DNA from: Sphingomonadales bacterium
GTDB lineage: Bacteria; Pseudomonadota; Alphaproteobacteria; Sphingomonadales; Sphingomonadaceae
Direction: 5' to 3'
DNA length: 64,000 nt
NCBI GenBank assembly: GCA_027489365.1
Contig: JAIXZV010000321.1
Coordinates: 1,379-65,378, forward strand
The position numbers were made by a program, and so were the translations under genes. Below the pieces are notes generated by a model. It was not told the DNA's origin, ran no database searches, and worked only from the letters and a program-made list of their open reading frames with translations. The number at the start of each line of letters is the position of its first letter. Position 1 is the first letter of the stretch. Below are positions 1 through 10,990 of this stretch, piece by piece.

Positions 1-349
1 TGGCGGTCACGTCGAGATACGCCTCGTCGAGCGACAGCGGCTGGATGAGATCGGTATAGTCGGCGAAGATCGCGTGAATCTGTTGCGAAACGGCGCGATA
101 TACCTCGAAGCGTGGGCGTACGAACACCAGATCGGGGCAACGCCGGAGCGCGGTGACCGACGGGAGCGCGGATTTCACCCCGAAGGCGCGCGCCTCATAG
201 CTGGCCGCCGCCACTACGCCGCGCGCCGCGCCATGCCCGACCGCCACGGGCTTGCCGCGCAGCGACGGATCGTCGCGCTGCTCCACCGATGCGAAAAACG
301 CATCCATATCGACGTGGATGATCTTCCGGACGGCGGACTCGGCGAGCAT
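1..349 (-). CDS. dinB: DNA polymerase IV (Y-family), 5' part; continues beyond the left edge
   Basis: Manual minus-strand translation from ATG 349: [38 protein letters not shown]...[13 protein letters not shown], the DinB N-terminal signature. Not listed in the ORF track. Confidence 0.95.
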   Translation of the reverse strand, partial: MLAESAVRKIIHVDMDAFFASVEQRDDPSLRGKPVAVGHGAARGVVAAASYEARAFGVKSALPSVTALRRCPDLVFVRPRFEVYRAVSQQIHAIFADYTDLIQPLSLDEAYLDVTA

Positions 350-370
350 GAGCGGGCTATAGCACGGCTT

Positions 371-385
371 GAACAGAGAGAGAAC
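371..385. promoter_or_regulatory. Alphaproteobacterial LexA (SOS) box GAAC-N7-GAAC upstream of dinB
   Basis: gaac-agagaga-gaac, about 20 bp upstream of the dinB start; matches the GTTC-N7-GTTC consensus on the dinB strand. Confidence 0.85.
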
Positions 386-511
386 ATCGTGCGTGACCGG
401 CGGGAGCGGATTCCCGGCGCGTTGAGCCGGCGTATGGCGGTTGCAATGCGCATAGCCAAATCGCGCCGGGCCGCTAAACTGCCCCAAAAAACGAAGCAGG
501 AGCAGGTCATC

Positions 512-1978
512 GTGCAGATCGAACGCCTCATGCCGGTCGCATCGTCGCTACAGCCGAGCAATCATCCCTATCTCAACCACGCGTGGACGCCGCAACACGA
601 AGAGGTGACCGCGTTCGATCTCGACGTGATCGAGGGGACGATCCCGACCGACATCGATGGCGTCTATCTGCGCAATACCGAAAACCAGCTGCATCAGCCG
701 CTTGGCAAATATCATCCCTTCGATGGCGACGGGATGATCCACCAGATCGATTTTTCGGGCGGTCGCGCGTCGTATCGCAACCGCTTCGTGCGCACGCGTT
801 GCTTTCAGGCCGAGCAGGATGCGGGCGAATCGCTGTGGGGCGGGTTGATGGACCGGGCGGGAACGTCGAAGCGCCCCGGCTTCGGCGCACATGGCAGCCT
901 CAAGGATTCGTCGAGCACAGATATCATCGTCCATGCTGGCAAGGCGATCTCGACCTTCTATCAATGCGGCGAGGGCTATGTGCTTGACCCCGAAACGCTC
1001 GAACAGTCAGGCGTCGCGCCGTGGGTGCCGCTCGACGGCATCTCGGCGCATCCCAAGGTCGATGATCGTACCGGCGAATTGCTGTTCTTCAATTATTCGA
1101 AGCACGCGCCGTACATGCACTACGGCGTGGTCGATGCGGACGGTCGCGTCACCAATTACATCCCCGTGCCGTTGCCGGGGCCGCGCTTGCCGCACGACAT
1201 GACTTTCAGCGAGCATTGGTCGATCGTGAACGATTTGCCGATGTTCTGGGACCAGGACTTGCTCGCGCGCGGCATCCATGCGGCGCGCCTGCATGAGGGC
1301 ATTCCGTCGCGCTTCGCGCTGATCCCGCGCCACGGCAAGACGGAAGATATCCGCTGGTTCGAGGCTTCGCCGACCTACATCCTGCACTTCCTCAATGCCT
1401 ATGAGGAAGGCGATGAGGTGGTGATGGACGCCTATTTCCAGGATAATCCGCAGCCGGCACCGCTGCCCAATGAGGACGGCTATGGCCATATGATGGCCTA
1501 TGTCGATGAGCACAGCTTCCTGCCGCGGCTGCACCGCTGGCGCTTCAACCTGACCGACGGGACGACGACCGAGCAGCGCCTTGATGAGCGCACGCTTGAA
1601 TTCGGGATGATCGACGGCCGCGTCGCGGGGCGCAAGCATCGCTACATCTATTCGACCACGACCAAGCCCGGCTGGTTCCTGTTCAACGGCTTCGTCAAGC
1701 ACGACCTCGAAACCGGCGAGTCCTGGACGCTGATGCTGGAGGAGGGGCGCTATGCCAGCGAAGCGCCGTTCGCGCCGCGCGTTGGGTCCACGGCGGAGGA
1801 CGACGGCTATCTGGTCAGCTTCATTACCGACGAAAATCGCGGGACGAGCGAGTGCATCCTGATCGACGCGCGCGATATCGCGGCCGGCCCGGTGTGCCGC
1901 ATCGCGCTGCCGCACAAGATTTCGAGCGGTACGCATTCGCATTGGGCCGACCGGACGGTATTGCGTCGGTATGGTTAG
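512..1978 (+). CDS. Carotenoid oxygenase / lignostilbene dioxygenase family (RPE65) protein
   Basis: FDGDGMIH motif and four Fe-ligand His (SAHPK, LPHD, ILHF, GTHS). Start trimmed to GTG 512 behind an AGGAG RBS because the longer ORF overlaps dinB. Confidence 0.9.
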   Translation: MQIERLMPVASSLQPSNHPYLNHAWTPQHEEVTAFDLDVIEGTIPTDIDGVYLRNTENQLHQPLGKYHPFDGDGMIHQIDFSGGRASYRNRFVRTRCFQAEQDAGESLWGGLMDRAGTSKRPGFGAHGSLKDSSSTDIIVHAGKAISTFYQCGEGYVLDPETLEQSGVAPWVPLDGISAHPKVDDRTGELLFFNYSKHAPYMHYGVVDADGRVTNYIPVPLPGPRLPHDMTFSEHWSIVNDLPMFWDQDLLARGIHAARLHEGIPSRFALIPRHGKTEDIRWFEASPTYILHFLNAYEEGDEVVMDAYFQDNPQPAPLPNEDGYGHMMAYVDEHSFLPRLHRWRFNLTDGTTTEQRLDERTLEFGMIDGRVAGRKHRYIYSTTTKPGWFLFNGFVKHDLETGESWTLMLEEGRYASEAPFAPRVGSTAEDDGYLVSFITDENRGTSECILIDARDIAAGPVCRIALPHKISSGTHSHWADRTVLRRYG

Positions 1979-1988
1979 GTTCCGAAAT

Positions 1989-2105
1989 CCGTTCGTCCTG
2001 AGTAGCCATTGAGCTTGTCGAAATGGCGTATCGAAGGCCAGCGTATGGCGCACATCCTTCGATACGCGCCTTCGACTTCGCTCAGTCGCTACTCAGGACG
2101 AACGG
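1989..2105. repeat. REP/RPE-like palindromic element between convergent genes
   Basis: Perfect 18-bp terminal inverted repeat ccgttcgtcctgagtagc / gctactcaggacgaacgg with an internal arm pair gcgtatcgaagg / ccttcgatacgc. Confidence 0.85.
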
Positions 2106-2147
2106 GTAAAAACGGGTGAAGGTGGCTCGACCTGAGTGGATTGAACC

Positions 2148-2942
2148 CTACGCCCGTTTGGGAAACCACGGGACAAACCCCGAGGTCCGCCGGACATAGT
2201 CCTCATAATCGGGCTTCTTGCGTTTCATCCGGCCCTCGACCGTGGGCACACCCGACCACTTCACGAGCGTGAAGGTCAGCAGCACCGGTCCGGCGATCGC
2301 CCAGAGCCCCGTCCCGCTCTCGGCCGCGATCAGGTACAGGCCCCACCACACGCAGGCATCGCCGAAATAGTTGGGATGGCGGGTGTAGCGCCACAGGCCG
2401 GTGCGCAGCACCTTGCCGACATTCGCGGGATCACGGCGAAACGCGACGAGTTGCGCGTCGCCAATCGTCTCGAACACGATGCCGATCCCGGCCAGCGCTG
2501 CCCCGACCCAGCCCAGCGCCCCGACCGGCGGCGTCGCGTCGAGCTGACCGAGCTGCACCGGCAGGCAAACGATGAACAGCATCGGCGCCTGCACCGCATA
2601 GACCAGCCGGATCGACGCCTGATTGAACCCCCAGCCCTTATGCTCCTGCGCCTTGGCGAACATCGTCTGATAGCGGCGATCGGCCCCATGCTGCCGCCAA
2701 CGCCATAGAAGATACCCGCCGAGCCGCACGCCCCACGCCGTGCACAGCGCCATCAGCAGCAGCTTTCGTCCCGGATCACCGTCGGTCTGCACGAAACTGG
2801 CCCAGCCGAGCGCGACCATCGCCAGCGCCCAGATGCTGTCGATCGGGGTCACGTCACGCGTCTTGAGCGTCACCAGCCAGAACAGCACGAAAATGCCGAT
2901 CAGGACGACGGCGTTGACCACAAGCAGAGACAGCGCGCTCAT
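2148..2942 (-). CDS. DUF1295 / steroid 5-alpha-reductase-like membrane protein
   Basis: Multiple TM segments and the GLWRYTRHPNYFGD motif; ATGA overlap with the upstream thiolase. Confidence 0.88.
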   Translation of the reverse strand: MSALSLLVVNAVVLIGIFVLFWLVTLKTRDVTPIDSIWALAMVALGWASFVQTDGDPGRKLLLMALCTAWGVRLGGYLLWRWRQHGADRRYQTMFAKAQEHKGWGFNQASIRLVYAVQAPMLFIVCLPVQLGQLDATPPVGALGWVGAALAGIGIVFETIGDAQLVAFRRDPANVGKVLRTGLWRYTRHPNYFGDACVWWGLYLIAAESGTGLWAIAGPVLLTFTLVKWSGVPTVEGRMKRKKPDYEDYVRRTSGFVPWFPKRA

Positions 2943-4168
2943 GCTGCGGCGCTTTCAACGATGAAGCTGACCGTCGTCGTGGTCGATCCGCCGATGTTGA
3001 GCGTCTGCACGCGGCGCGCGCCCTCGACTTGGGTATCGCCTGCCCGGTCCGACACCTGCTTCGCCGCGTCGAGCAGCATCCGCACGCCGGTCGCGCCGAC
3101 CGGGTGGCCGCATCCGATCAACCCGCCCGAGGGGTTGATTGGCAAGCGACCGCCAAGCTCGATCGATCCGTCCTCGATCGCCTTCCACGATTCGCCCGGC
3201 GCGGTCAGGCCGAGATGGTCGATCGCCATATATTCGGTCGCGGTGAAGCAATCATGCGTCTCCACCGCGTCGATCTGTGCGAGGTTGGACACGCCGGCAC
3301 GGGCGCGCGCATCCTCGATCGCGCGGCGGACTTGTGGGAAGACATAGGGTTGGTCGGCACTGTCGGCGATCTTGCGGGCATAGCCGATCGGTGCGGAGCG
3401 ATGGCCCCACCCGGCGATCCGCGGGATCTGGTCGAGCGATAGCCCGCGCTTCGCCGCATAATCGGCCGCGCGCCGCTCCGATGCGAGGAACACCACCGCA
3501 CTGCCATCGGTGACCTGCCCGCAATCCATCTTGCGCGTCCGGCCCTCGACCACCGGGTTGGCGTCGTCATCGGCGGTGAAGCTCTCGGGCGAGAAAGCGT
3601 AACCGCGCGTCTGCGCGTTCGGATTGCGCTTGGCGTTGCCAAAATTGATCTCGGCGATGCGCATCAGATGGTCGTATTGCAGACCGTAGCGGCGATCATA
3701 TTCCTCCGCGAGATCGGAGAAAGCGGCGGGCCAGACATAGCGCACGTCGTCATATTCATGCCCCGCCCACGCCGCCGCGCCGAGATATTCCGCTGCCGTC
3801 TGGCCCGGGACGTTGCGCATTTGCTCGATCCCGACGACGCACGCCAGATCGTAGCGGCCCGCCTCGATCTCGGCCGTCGCGGCGAGAAGGGCGACGCTGC
3901 CCGATGCACAAGCAGCCTCATGCCGCGCGGTGGGCAAGCCATCGAACGCCGGATCGACCAGCCCGAAGAAGCCGCCAAGCAACCCTTGCCCTGCAAACAA
4001 TTCGGCGGTGAAATTCCCCACGTGGCCGCTCTGGATGTCGGCGGCGTCAAGGCCGGTTTCGGCGAGACCCTGCTGCACGCATTCGGTGAAGGCGTCTGCC
4101 AGATCCATGCCGCGTCGGCTCCAGACCTGCGAAAAATCGCTCTGCCATCCGCCCAGGATGAAAACCAT
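2939..4168 (-). CDS. Acetyl-CoA acetyltransferase (SCP2-type thiolase-like)
   Basis: HEAACASG nucleophile Cys, ETHDCF fingerprint, NPSGGLIGCGHPVGATG. Real start is ATG 4168 (MVFILGGWQSDF); the upstream part of the 1029-aa ORF is antisense to catalase. Confidence 0.9.
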   Translation of the reverse strand: MVFILGGWQSDFSQVWSRRGMDLADAFTECVQQGLAETGLDAADIQSGHVGNFTAELFAGQGLLGGFFGLVDPAFDGLPTARHEAACASGSVALLAATAEIEAGRYDLACVVGIEQMRNVPGQTAAEYLGAAAWAGHEYDDVRYVWPAAFSDLAEEYDRRYGLQYDHLMRIAEINFGNAKRNPNAQTRGYAFSPESFTADDDANPVVEGRTRKMDCGQVTDGSAVVFLASERRAADYAAKRGLSLDQIPRIAGWGHRSAPIGYARKIADSADQPYVFPQVRRAIEDARARAGVSNLAQIDAVETHDCFTATEYMAIDHLGLTAPGESWKAIEDGSIELGGRLPINPSGGLIGCGHPVGATGVRMLLDAAKQVSDRAGDTQVEGARRVQTLNIGGSTTTTVSFIVESAAA

Positions 4169-4423
4169 GCCCCGATCCTCCTCCGCCTCGCTGCTTTGTT
4201 GCAGGCGGACGGGGGCTTGGCAAATCTGCCGTCGTCGGATTGCCAACGCCGCCCATATCGCCGCCTGACCGAGGCCCTTGGGCGCGGCGCCACGTGACGT
4301 TCGATACGCCGATCTACCAGTCGGCGCTCGACACCCAGTGCGCGTCGGCGCGCCGTGGCGGAACTTGCAGCGTCGCTCCCCGTTGTCGGATTGCACTCGC
4401 CTGGCACCGCAAAGGTATCGACC

Positions 4424-6031
4424 ATGACCGACAAGAAAATGCCGCCCCGCACGACGACCGATGCCGGGATTCCCGTGCAAAGCGACGAGCATTCGCTGTC
4501 GATCGGGCGGGACGGTCCGATCGTGCTGAACGATTTTTATCTGATCGAGCAGATGGCGAACTTCAACCGCGAGCGGATTCCGGAGCGTCAGCCGCACGCC
4601 AAGGGCAGCGGGGCGTTTGGGCGGTTTGAGGTGACTGCCGATATCAGCAAATTTACCAAGGCGAAGTTCCTGCAGCGTGGTTCGAAGGTCGAAACCGCGA
4701 TGCGTTTTTCGACGGTGGCGGGCGAACGCGGCAGCCCCGATACGTGGCGCGATCCGCGCGGGTTTTCGGTCAAATTCTACACCGAGGACGGCAATTTCGA
4801 CATGGTCGGCAACAACACGCCGATCTTCTTCATTCGCGATCCGATGAAGTTCCAGCACTTCATCCGCAGCCAGAAGCGGCGCGCGGATAACGGCCTGCGC
4901 GATCACGACATGCAGTGGGATTTCTGGACGCTCAGCCCGGAGAGCGCGCATCAGGTCACTTATCTGATGGGCGATCGTGGCGTGCCCAAGAACTGGCGCG
5001 AGATGAACGGCTACGGCAGCCATACCTATATGCTGATCAATGCAGCGGGCGAGAAATTCTGGGTCAAATGGCACTTCCACACCGATCTCGGCGACGGCAA
5101 CGCACATCTGACGCAGGACGCCGCCGACACGATGGCCGGGCAGGATGGCGACTATCACCGCCGCGACCTGTTCGATCACATCGCCAAGGGCGAATATCCG
5201 AGCTGGACGCTCAAATTTCAGATCATGCCGTTCGAGGATGCCAAGACCTACCGGATCAATCCGTTCGATCTGACCAAGACGTGGCCGCACAGCGATTATC
5301 CGCTGATCGAGGTGGGCAAGCTGACGCTCGATACCAATCCGGTCGATTGGGACACGCAAATCGAGCAACTGGCGTTCGAGCCCAACAATATGGTGCCCGG
5401 CATCGGCCTCAGCCCGGACAAGATGCTGCTGGCGCGCGGATTCTCCTATTCGGACGCGCACCGCGCCCGGCTCGGCGTCAATTACAAGCAGATTCCGGTC
5501 AATCGGGCCAAGGCAGCGGAGGTGCATTCCTATTCGCGGGCCGGGCAGGGGCGGACGGTCAACGCGCTCGACCCGGTCTATGCGCCCAATTCCTACGGCG
5601 GTCCGGGTGCACAGCCCGAAGTCGGCGGCGAAGCGACGTGGATGGCGGACGGCGATATGGTCCGCGCGGCCTATACCTTGCGCGCGGAGGATGACGATTG
5701 GAGCCAGGCCGGCGCGCTGGTACGCGACGTGATGGACGATGCGCAACGCGACCGCTTCGTCAATAATGTCGCCGGGCATTTGGCCGACGGCGTCAGCGAA
5801 CCGATCCTGGTTCGTGCCTTCGCTTACTGGCGCAATGTCGATGATGCCATTGGCACGCGGATCGAACAGGCAACGCGCGATCTGATCGGCGGGAAATCGA
5901 GCGCGCCGGGAATGGCGAGCGCCGAATCGATCGCAGGCTATCAGGGCATTCCCGAAACAGCCGCGATCGCCAAGGGCGAAGGCCAGAAGCACGCGGACGT
6001 CGAGGAGCGCGAAGCCGTTCCGGCGCAATAG
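4424..6031 (+). CDS. Monofunctional small-subunit heme catalase
   Basis: [15 protein letters not shown] distal His motif, [21 protein letters not shown] proximal Tyr motif. Confidence 0.96.
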   Translation: MTDKKMPPRTTTDAGIPVQSDEHSLSIGRDGPIVLNDFYLIEQMANFNRERIPERQPHAKGSGAFGRFEVTADISKFTKAKFLQRGSKVETAMRFSTVAGERGSPDTWRDPRGFSVKFYTEDGNFDMVGNNTPIFFIRDPMKFQHFIRSQKRRADNGLRDHDMQWDFWTLSPESAHQVTYLMGDRGVPKNWREMNGYGSHTYMLINAAGEKFWVKWHFHTDLGDGNAHLTQDAADTMAGQDGDYHRRDLFDHIAKGEYPSWTLKFQIMPFEDAKTYRINPFDLTKTWPHSDYPLIEVGKLTLDTNPVDWDTQIEQLAFEPNNMVPGIGLSPDKMLLARGFSYSDAHRARLGVNYKQIPVNRAKAAEVHSYSRAGQGRTVNALDPVYAPNSYGGPGAQPEVGGEATWMADGDMVRAAYTLRAEDDDWSQAGALVRDVMDDAQRDRFVNNVAGHLADGVSEPILVRAFAYWRNVDDAIGTRIEQATRDLIGGKSSAPGMASAESIAGYQGIPETAAIAKGEGQKHADVEEREAVPAQ

Positions 6032-6100
6032 TCGGCCGATCGACGGGCGGTCGACGGGCGATCGGGGGGCGACGACGGCTGCACGCCGAAGTCGCTTTGG

Positions 6101-8497
6101 CTAAAAGCCGATCGTCACGCCGACGCGGACGTTGCGGGGACGAAGCGGGGTGGTTTGTTGCCGCGTCGCGAGGATTGTCGGGTTGCCGAGCGAGAAACGG
6201 TTGGCGCTGGCATTGGCAAGATTGTCGCCACTCACGGTGAGTGCGATCCCCTTCCAACGCCAGCCAAACTGTGCGTCCACCACGGCATATTTGCCTTGGC
6301 TGACGTCGAGAAAGTCGCCGGTGCCCAGCACCGATCGCCCGACATAGCGGGCCGATACGGCCACGTTGAAGTCGGACGCGCGGCCGTGCGACCAATGATA
6401 GCGCACTCCGGCGTTACCCGAGAAAGCGGGCGTTTCGGGCAAGCGCCGGTTCACCCGGACCGACGATTGCGCAGTCGGCCCATCGACGATGTTGTAACTG
6501 TATAAAAGCGCAAAGCTGGCGTGCAGGCCGCGCAGCGGGGCCCAGTCGCCGGTCGCTTCGACGCCAGCGATCTCGGCATTGCCGATGTTCGCGGTATAGG
6601 GCTGCCCGCGGCGGTTGTAGAGATCGGCCTGGATATCGCGCCACCGGGCATAAGACAGCGCAGCGCTCAGTTCCAAACCCGTCTCGCCGCTGCGTTGCGT
6701 GCGCAGCCCGATTTCCCCGACGATGACCGAGTCTGACCGGAAGTCCTGCACGCGGCCCACGCCGGGCGCGACGGCGAGGCCACCGGTACGATAACCGGTC
6801 TGGAAGCGCGCGAACAGCGCGGTGCGCTTGGCCACCAGCCACGAAAGCGCGAGCGTCGGATCGACTCGGCGCGTCGCGCGCCCTCGCACGAAGCTATTGT
6901 TGCGCGGCCGCGACGATGGTTCGCCATCGGTCCGCGCGGCGGTCGCCCGCGCGCCGAGCGTCACCGACAGGCGATCGGTGGCGGGCCAGGTCGCCTCGCC
7001 AAAGGCCGACACGCTGTCGGTTTGGTTGGTGACGCCGATAATATCGAGCGGCTGGTTCGGTGGCCCGAACGCGCGCGCCTGAATGTCGCGGTTGTGGAGG
7101 TAGGCGACCCCGAACAGCCAGCCGATCTTGCCCGGCACGGCGCGCGAAAGTCGCGCCTCCTGGACAAACAGCGCCGCAGATTGCGCATTGGTATACACCG
7201 TTGGCCCGGTGCTGCCGATTGCCCGCGTCGCGTCGAACACGTCCGCCGTCTGCCGGTCGATATAGCCGGTCGCGGACAGCAGCTCGAGCCCGCTGTCCCA
7301 CCGTTTGCGCACGACCGCGCGGAGGAGCGAAATATCGCTGCTATAGGGCTGGGCAAGCCGCGATCGCCGGTCGAGCGCCGCGACGATCCGCTCGGCATAT
7401 TGCGCATCGACGGCGGCGATGCGTTGTTTCAGCGCGCCGAGCTCGACGCTCCAGCCAGCCCCGGGGTCGATCCTGAGTGTCGCCCGCCCGCCCTCCGTAT
7501 CGGTGCGGTTGATGTTCGAAAGCCGGCGCAGACGATCACCGATATAGCCACCGTCGCGGCTGCGATATCCGACGACGCGCAGGCCGATGCGGTCCTCCAC
7601 GATCGGGAGGTTGGCCATCCCGGCGACATCGAAGCCCGGTTCGCCACCTTGCGTGGCGGTGATGCCGCTGCTGACCGATGCGGCGGTGCGTGTCAGATCG
7701 ACCGCGTTGGGGGTCAGACGGATGATCCCGCCGATCGCACCGGCACCGTAGAGCGTGCCCTGCGGCCCCTCCAATACCTCGACCGCTTTGATGTCGTACA
7801 GGTTCAAGCTTGGCTCGGGGCCGGAATAGCCGAGCGGGACTTCGTCGAAATACAGGCTGGCGGTCGATTGTGTCGCGCCGTTGAAGCTGCTGTCGGCGAT
7901 GCCGCGAATGAAGATCTTGTTGCGGCCGATCCCCAGTTCGGTGTTCTGCAGGACCGGGGTGGCGCGCGCCACATCGTCCATCGTGCGCGGACGCGTGTCC
8001 TGCGCGCCGGGTGCAAAGCCGCCGATCAGGATCGCGCTACCGGGAAAGCGCAACAAGCTGGAACTGCGCTTGCTGGCGGTCACGATGATGTCGCCGCCCG
8101 GCGAGGCTTCGCGATCCGGTTGCGCTGGCACCCGCGGCGCCACCACCCTGAGAGGAGCGCGCTCGATCCGAAAGCTGTGCGCGTCGATCGCGACCGCGCG
8201 GAAACCGGTGCCTTCCAGCAGGCGGCGCAAAGCCGTCTGCGGGGTCATCTTTCCGGCGATGCGCGGGCTGCGCATCCGCCTCAGGCCGGGCTCGGTGCTG
8301 ATGATGTCGAACCCGGTCTGCCGCGCCAGTTCCATCACGGCGCGGTCGAGCGGCTGGGGCGCGATTGCGATGCGCGGCGCGTCCGCGCGGGCCGCCAGCG
8401 GCTGCCCGGTCAGGATCAGGATCGGAAAGAGGACGCAGGCGAGGGCGGGCTGAAGCGCACGTCTTCTATCGTGGCGAGATGACCCACCGCTCGCCAT
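6101..8497 (-). CDS. TonB-dependent transducer with N-terminal STN signalling domain (FecA-like)
   Basis: N-terminal IAPQPLDRAV...ALRRLLEGTG (STN), plug IIVTASKR...EVLEGPQGTLYG, C-terminal Phe; directly downstream of FecR. Start codon uncertain. Confidence 0.85.
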   Translation of the reverse strand: MASGGSSRHDRRRALQPALACVLFPILILTGQPLAARADAPRIAIAPQPLDRAVMELARQTGFDIISTEPGLRRMRSPRIAGKMTPQTALRRLLEGTGFRAVAIDAHSFRIERAPLRVVAPRVPAQPDREASPGGDIIVTASKRSSSLLRFPGSAILIGGFAPGAQDTRPRTMDDVARATPVLQNTELGIGRNKIFIRGIADSSFNGATQSTASLYFDEVPLGYSGPEPSLNLYDIKAVEVLEGPQGTLYGAGAIGGIIRLTPNAVDLTRTAASVSSGITATQGGEPGFDVAGMANLPIVEDRIGLRVVGYRSRDGGYIGDRLRRLSNINRTDTEGGRATLRIDPGAGWSVELGALKQRIAAVDAQYAERIVAALDRRSRLAQPYSSDISLLRAVVRKRWDSGLELLSATGYIDRQTADVFDATRAIGSTGPTVYTNAQSAALFVQEARLSRAVPGKIGWLFGVAYLHNRDIQARAFGPPNQPLDIIGVTNQTDSVSAFGEATWPATDRLSVTLGARATAARTDGEPSSRPRNNSFVRGRATRRVDPTLALSWLVAKRTALFARFQTGYRTGGLAVAPGVGRVQDFRSDSVIVGEIGLRTQRSGETGLELSAALSYARWRDIQADLYNRRGQPYTANIGNAEIAGVEATGDWAPLRGLHASFALLYSYNIVDGPTAQSSVRVNRRLPETPAFSGNAGVRYHWSHGRASDFNVAVSARYVGRSVLGTGDFLDVSQGKYAVVDAQFGWRWKGIALTVSGDNLANASANRFSLGNPTILATRQQTTPLRPRNVRVGVTIGF

Positions 8498-9428
8498 CGT
8501 GATGCCACTTCGCCCCAACCAAGGCCGCCAGATGCGGCACATCCTGCTCCGCTTTGCCGGACAGGCGAACCATGCCGGTAAAGGGCCGCTGCGACAAGTC
8601 CGCGTCGATCGTCAGCGTCACCCCGTCGAGGCGCCGGATCGCGGTGGCGACGCGTCCAAAAGGTTCGTCGGAGAACGAAATCGCATGGTTCCGCCAAGCG
8701 CCGACAGTCGCGACATCGACCTTGGAGAGCATGATCCGGCCGCTATCCTCGCGCGCGGTAAGCGCCGCGCCAGCTTTCAGCGTAACGGCGTCGCGCTTCG
8801 GCTGGAACAGGACCGAGCCCTCGGCAACTTGTACGTCGAGCCGTGCCCCGTCGCGCTCGACATTGAAGACCGTGCCGAGATCCTGCACCGTCAGCGCGCC
8901 GGAATGCACCGTGAAGGGTGATCGAGGATCATGCCGCACGTGGAAGGTCGCTTCGCCCGCTTCGAGCGTCGCGACGCGGGCATCGGCGCGGTCGAGCCGC
9001 AGCCGCGTCGCGCCGTTGAGTTCGATCCGCGTGCCATCGGCGAGCGCAATCTGCTGCGGCTGGCCGGGTTTGGTTGCAACGATATAGGGATCGCTGCGGT
9101 TGGCTGCGGTCGGCAGCACGATCACGGCCACGCTGGCCGCTGCGGCAAGCGCGGCGCCCCCGCCGACCCAAGCCCAGCGGCGGCGGGTCTGCGGGGTCAG
9201 CTCCGGCATAACCGTATGCGGTTGCGGGGCGGGGGCAGGCGTGGGGTAGAGGTCGCTGCGTTCGGCCAGAACGGACATGTCGAGGGCGATCGCGTCAAAC
9301 GCCCGCGCATGGGCGGGATCGGCCTCCAGCCACGCCACGAACGCGTGCCACTCGGCCGCGTCCATATCGGCCTGGCGCACATGCCAATCGATCGCGCGAT
9401 CGACGATATCGGCAGCTTCACGTGCCAT
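8466..9428 (-). CDS. fecR: FecR-family anti-sigma / transmembrane sensor
   Basis: N-terminal AIDWHVRQ...FVAWLEADPAHARAF, a TM helix, LADGTRIELNGAT, GEATFHVRHD, LGTVFNV. Confidence 0.92.
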   Translation of the reverse strand: MAREAADIVDRAIDWHVRQADMDAAEWHAFVAWLEADPAHARAFDAIALDMSVLAERSDLYPTPAPAPQPHTVMPELTPQTRRRWAWVGGGAALAAAASVAVIVLPTAANRSDPYIVATKPGQPQQIALADGTRIELNGATRLRLDRADARVATLEAGEATFHVRHDPRSPFTVHSGALTVQDLGTVFNVERDGARLDVQVAEGSVLFQPKRDAVTLKAGAALTAREDSGRIMLSKVDVATVGAWRNHAISFSDEPFGRVATAIRRLDGVTLTIDADLSQRPFTGMVRLSGKAEQDVPHLAALVGAKWHHDGERWVISPR

Positions 9429-9987
9429 GATGCTGTGTCCCTTCGCCCGATAGACGATGTGGATCGTCCGAATCCGCCTCGTCGGCGATTTTATACTGGT
9501 GCGTTTCTCGAACAGCGCGCCGTAAAAGCTTCTCGACGCCGCTCAGCGTTATGCCGAGGCGTTCGGCAATCTGCTTCTGGGGCATCTCCTCGATACGGTA
9601 CAGCCGCAGCGCCTGGCTCATGCGCGGCGGCATGGCGGCGAGCGCGCGCTCGATCCGCGCGAGCCGCTCGCGCCCGAGCAAGGCGCGTTCGACGTCCGGT
9701 TGCGCTTCGGCACCGGGCTGCGCCTCCAGCCAGGCCGCATCGCGCGCTGCGGCGCGGCTTGCCGCAATGCGCCGGTCGGCCGCCAAATTCGCTGCCATTC
9801 GGTAAAGATAGGCGGCAGGCTGGGCGATCGGCTGGGCCCGCAGCGCGGCCGGATTCTGGTCGAGCTTCATCCACATGTCCTGCAGCGCGTCTTCCGCATC
9901 GGCAGCATTGCCGAGCCGTGCGGTGAGCAGCCGCAGCAACATCGGTCGCTCGGCCAGGAAAACGGCCTTTAGTCCGGCATCGCTCAC
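9418..9987 (-). CDS. ECF sigma factor (FecI-like)
   Basis: DAEDALQDMWMKL, AYLYRMAANLAAD, region-4 HTH QKQIAERLGITLSGVEK; adjacent to fecR. GTG start inferred. Confidence 0.9.
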   Translation of the reverse strand: MSDAGLKAVFLAERPMLLRLLTARLGNAADAEDALQDMWMKLDQNPAALRAQPIAQPAAYLYRMAANLAADRRIAASRAAARDAAWLEAQPGAEAQPDVERALLGRERLARIERALAAMPPRMSQALRLYRIEEMPQKQIAERLGITLSGVEKLLRRAVRETHQYKIADEADSDDPHRLSGEGTQHHGT

Positions 9988-10111
9988 CGAGGCGAAATAT
10001 CGTGGGGCATGATCGTGGATAGAGCGCCGAACGGCACCGCGTGCAACCCCCTTCGCACGCGCCTGCGCATCTTGGGATCTGTGTCTGGGTGGCGCGCAGC
10101 GCTGGGCCGAC

Positions 10112-10990
10112 TCACGCGGGGCGGGGCGTTCCACCGGAGAAATCGGGCTGCGCATAGAATTGCCGTTCGCGGATGCGGTCGCTGGTCAAGCGCCGCGCCC
10201 GCAGACGACCCGCGAGGAAGGTGTAGAAGAACCAGTCGCGCGCCTCACCGGGCGTCGCATGATAGAGAATGCGCTCGACCAGCGTCCACCGGATCGAATC
10301 GCGATCGCGCTCCCGCGGCGACGGCGTGCACCACAGCGCCCCGCCAAAGGCCAGCGCGCCGATCTTCACCATGCGGTGCATGATCTCATGGTCTTCAAGA
10401 ACATAGCCCCAGCGATCGGCATCGAAGCCGCCCGCCTGGCGCAGCGCATCGGTGCGGAAGATTTGTCCCGCACCGCCGGTATGGCATTGCTTGGGCAGCA
10501 GCGCCGCCGCGCGCGCCATGCGTGCCATCGCCGCGCGCCGATCGTCGGCGCTCGCCCCGCGCGGCATGAAACACGCGCCGCCAGCGACCGCATTGCGACC
10601 TTCGAGCAGGACCTGTGCCTGCCGCAGATAGTCGGCGGGATAGAGTGTGTCGGCGTCGCACGTGGCGACGAACGGCGTTCGCACGCGCGTCAGGCCGGTC
10701 TGCAGCGCGTTGACTTTGCCCGGCCGCCGATCGGTCAGCAGTTTGAACCTGAGGCCGAGCCGCTGGCAGATGTCCGCCGCAAAGTCCCCGCCCCCATCGG
10801 TGGAGGCATTGTCGATCAGGATCAGTTCGAACGGCACGTCCTGCTTGGCGAGACTGGCGAGTGTGGCCGGCAGCAGGGTGCGTTCGTTGAAAAACGGGAT
10901 CAGGACGGTCCATTCGGGGGTCGGAACGGTCGGTCCATCCGTCTCCCACGGAGCGCCCCAAGCCTGTGCGTCGTTCAACTCGTCAAACAT
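10112..10990 (-). CDS. Glycosyltransferase family 2
   Basis: VLIPFFNE, IDNASTD, GKVNAL, DADT (DxD), EDHE. Confidence 0.88.
   Translation of the reverse strand: MFDELNDAQAWGAPWETDGPTVPTPEWTVLIPFFNERTLLPATLASLAKQDVPFELILIDNASTDGGGDFAADICQRLGLRFKLLTDRRPGKVNALQTGLTRVRTPFVATCDADTLYPADYLRQAQVLLEGRNAVAGGACFMPRGASADDRRAAMARMARAAALLPKQCHTGGAGQIFRTDALRQAGGFDADRWGYVLEDHEIMHRMVKIGALAFGGALWCTPSPRERDRDSIRWTLVERILYHATPGEARDWFFYTFLAGRLRARRLTSDRIRERQFYAQPDFSGGTPRPA

Noticed and set aside
74-511. N-terminal extension of the 634-aa ORF
   Set aside because: It overlaps dinB on the opposite strand; family similarity and an RBS begin near 512.
4169-6028. Apparent 1029-aa thiolase fusion protein
   Set aside because: The extension is the antisense shadow of catalase; the thiolase starts at 4168.
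6032-6075. Short repeats (tcgacgggcg twice) between catalase and the receptor
   Set aside because: Two short GC-rich copies with no spacers; not a CRISPR array and could be chance.
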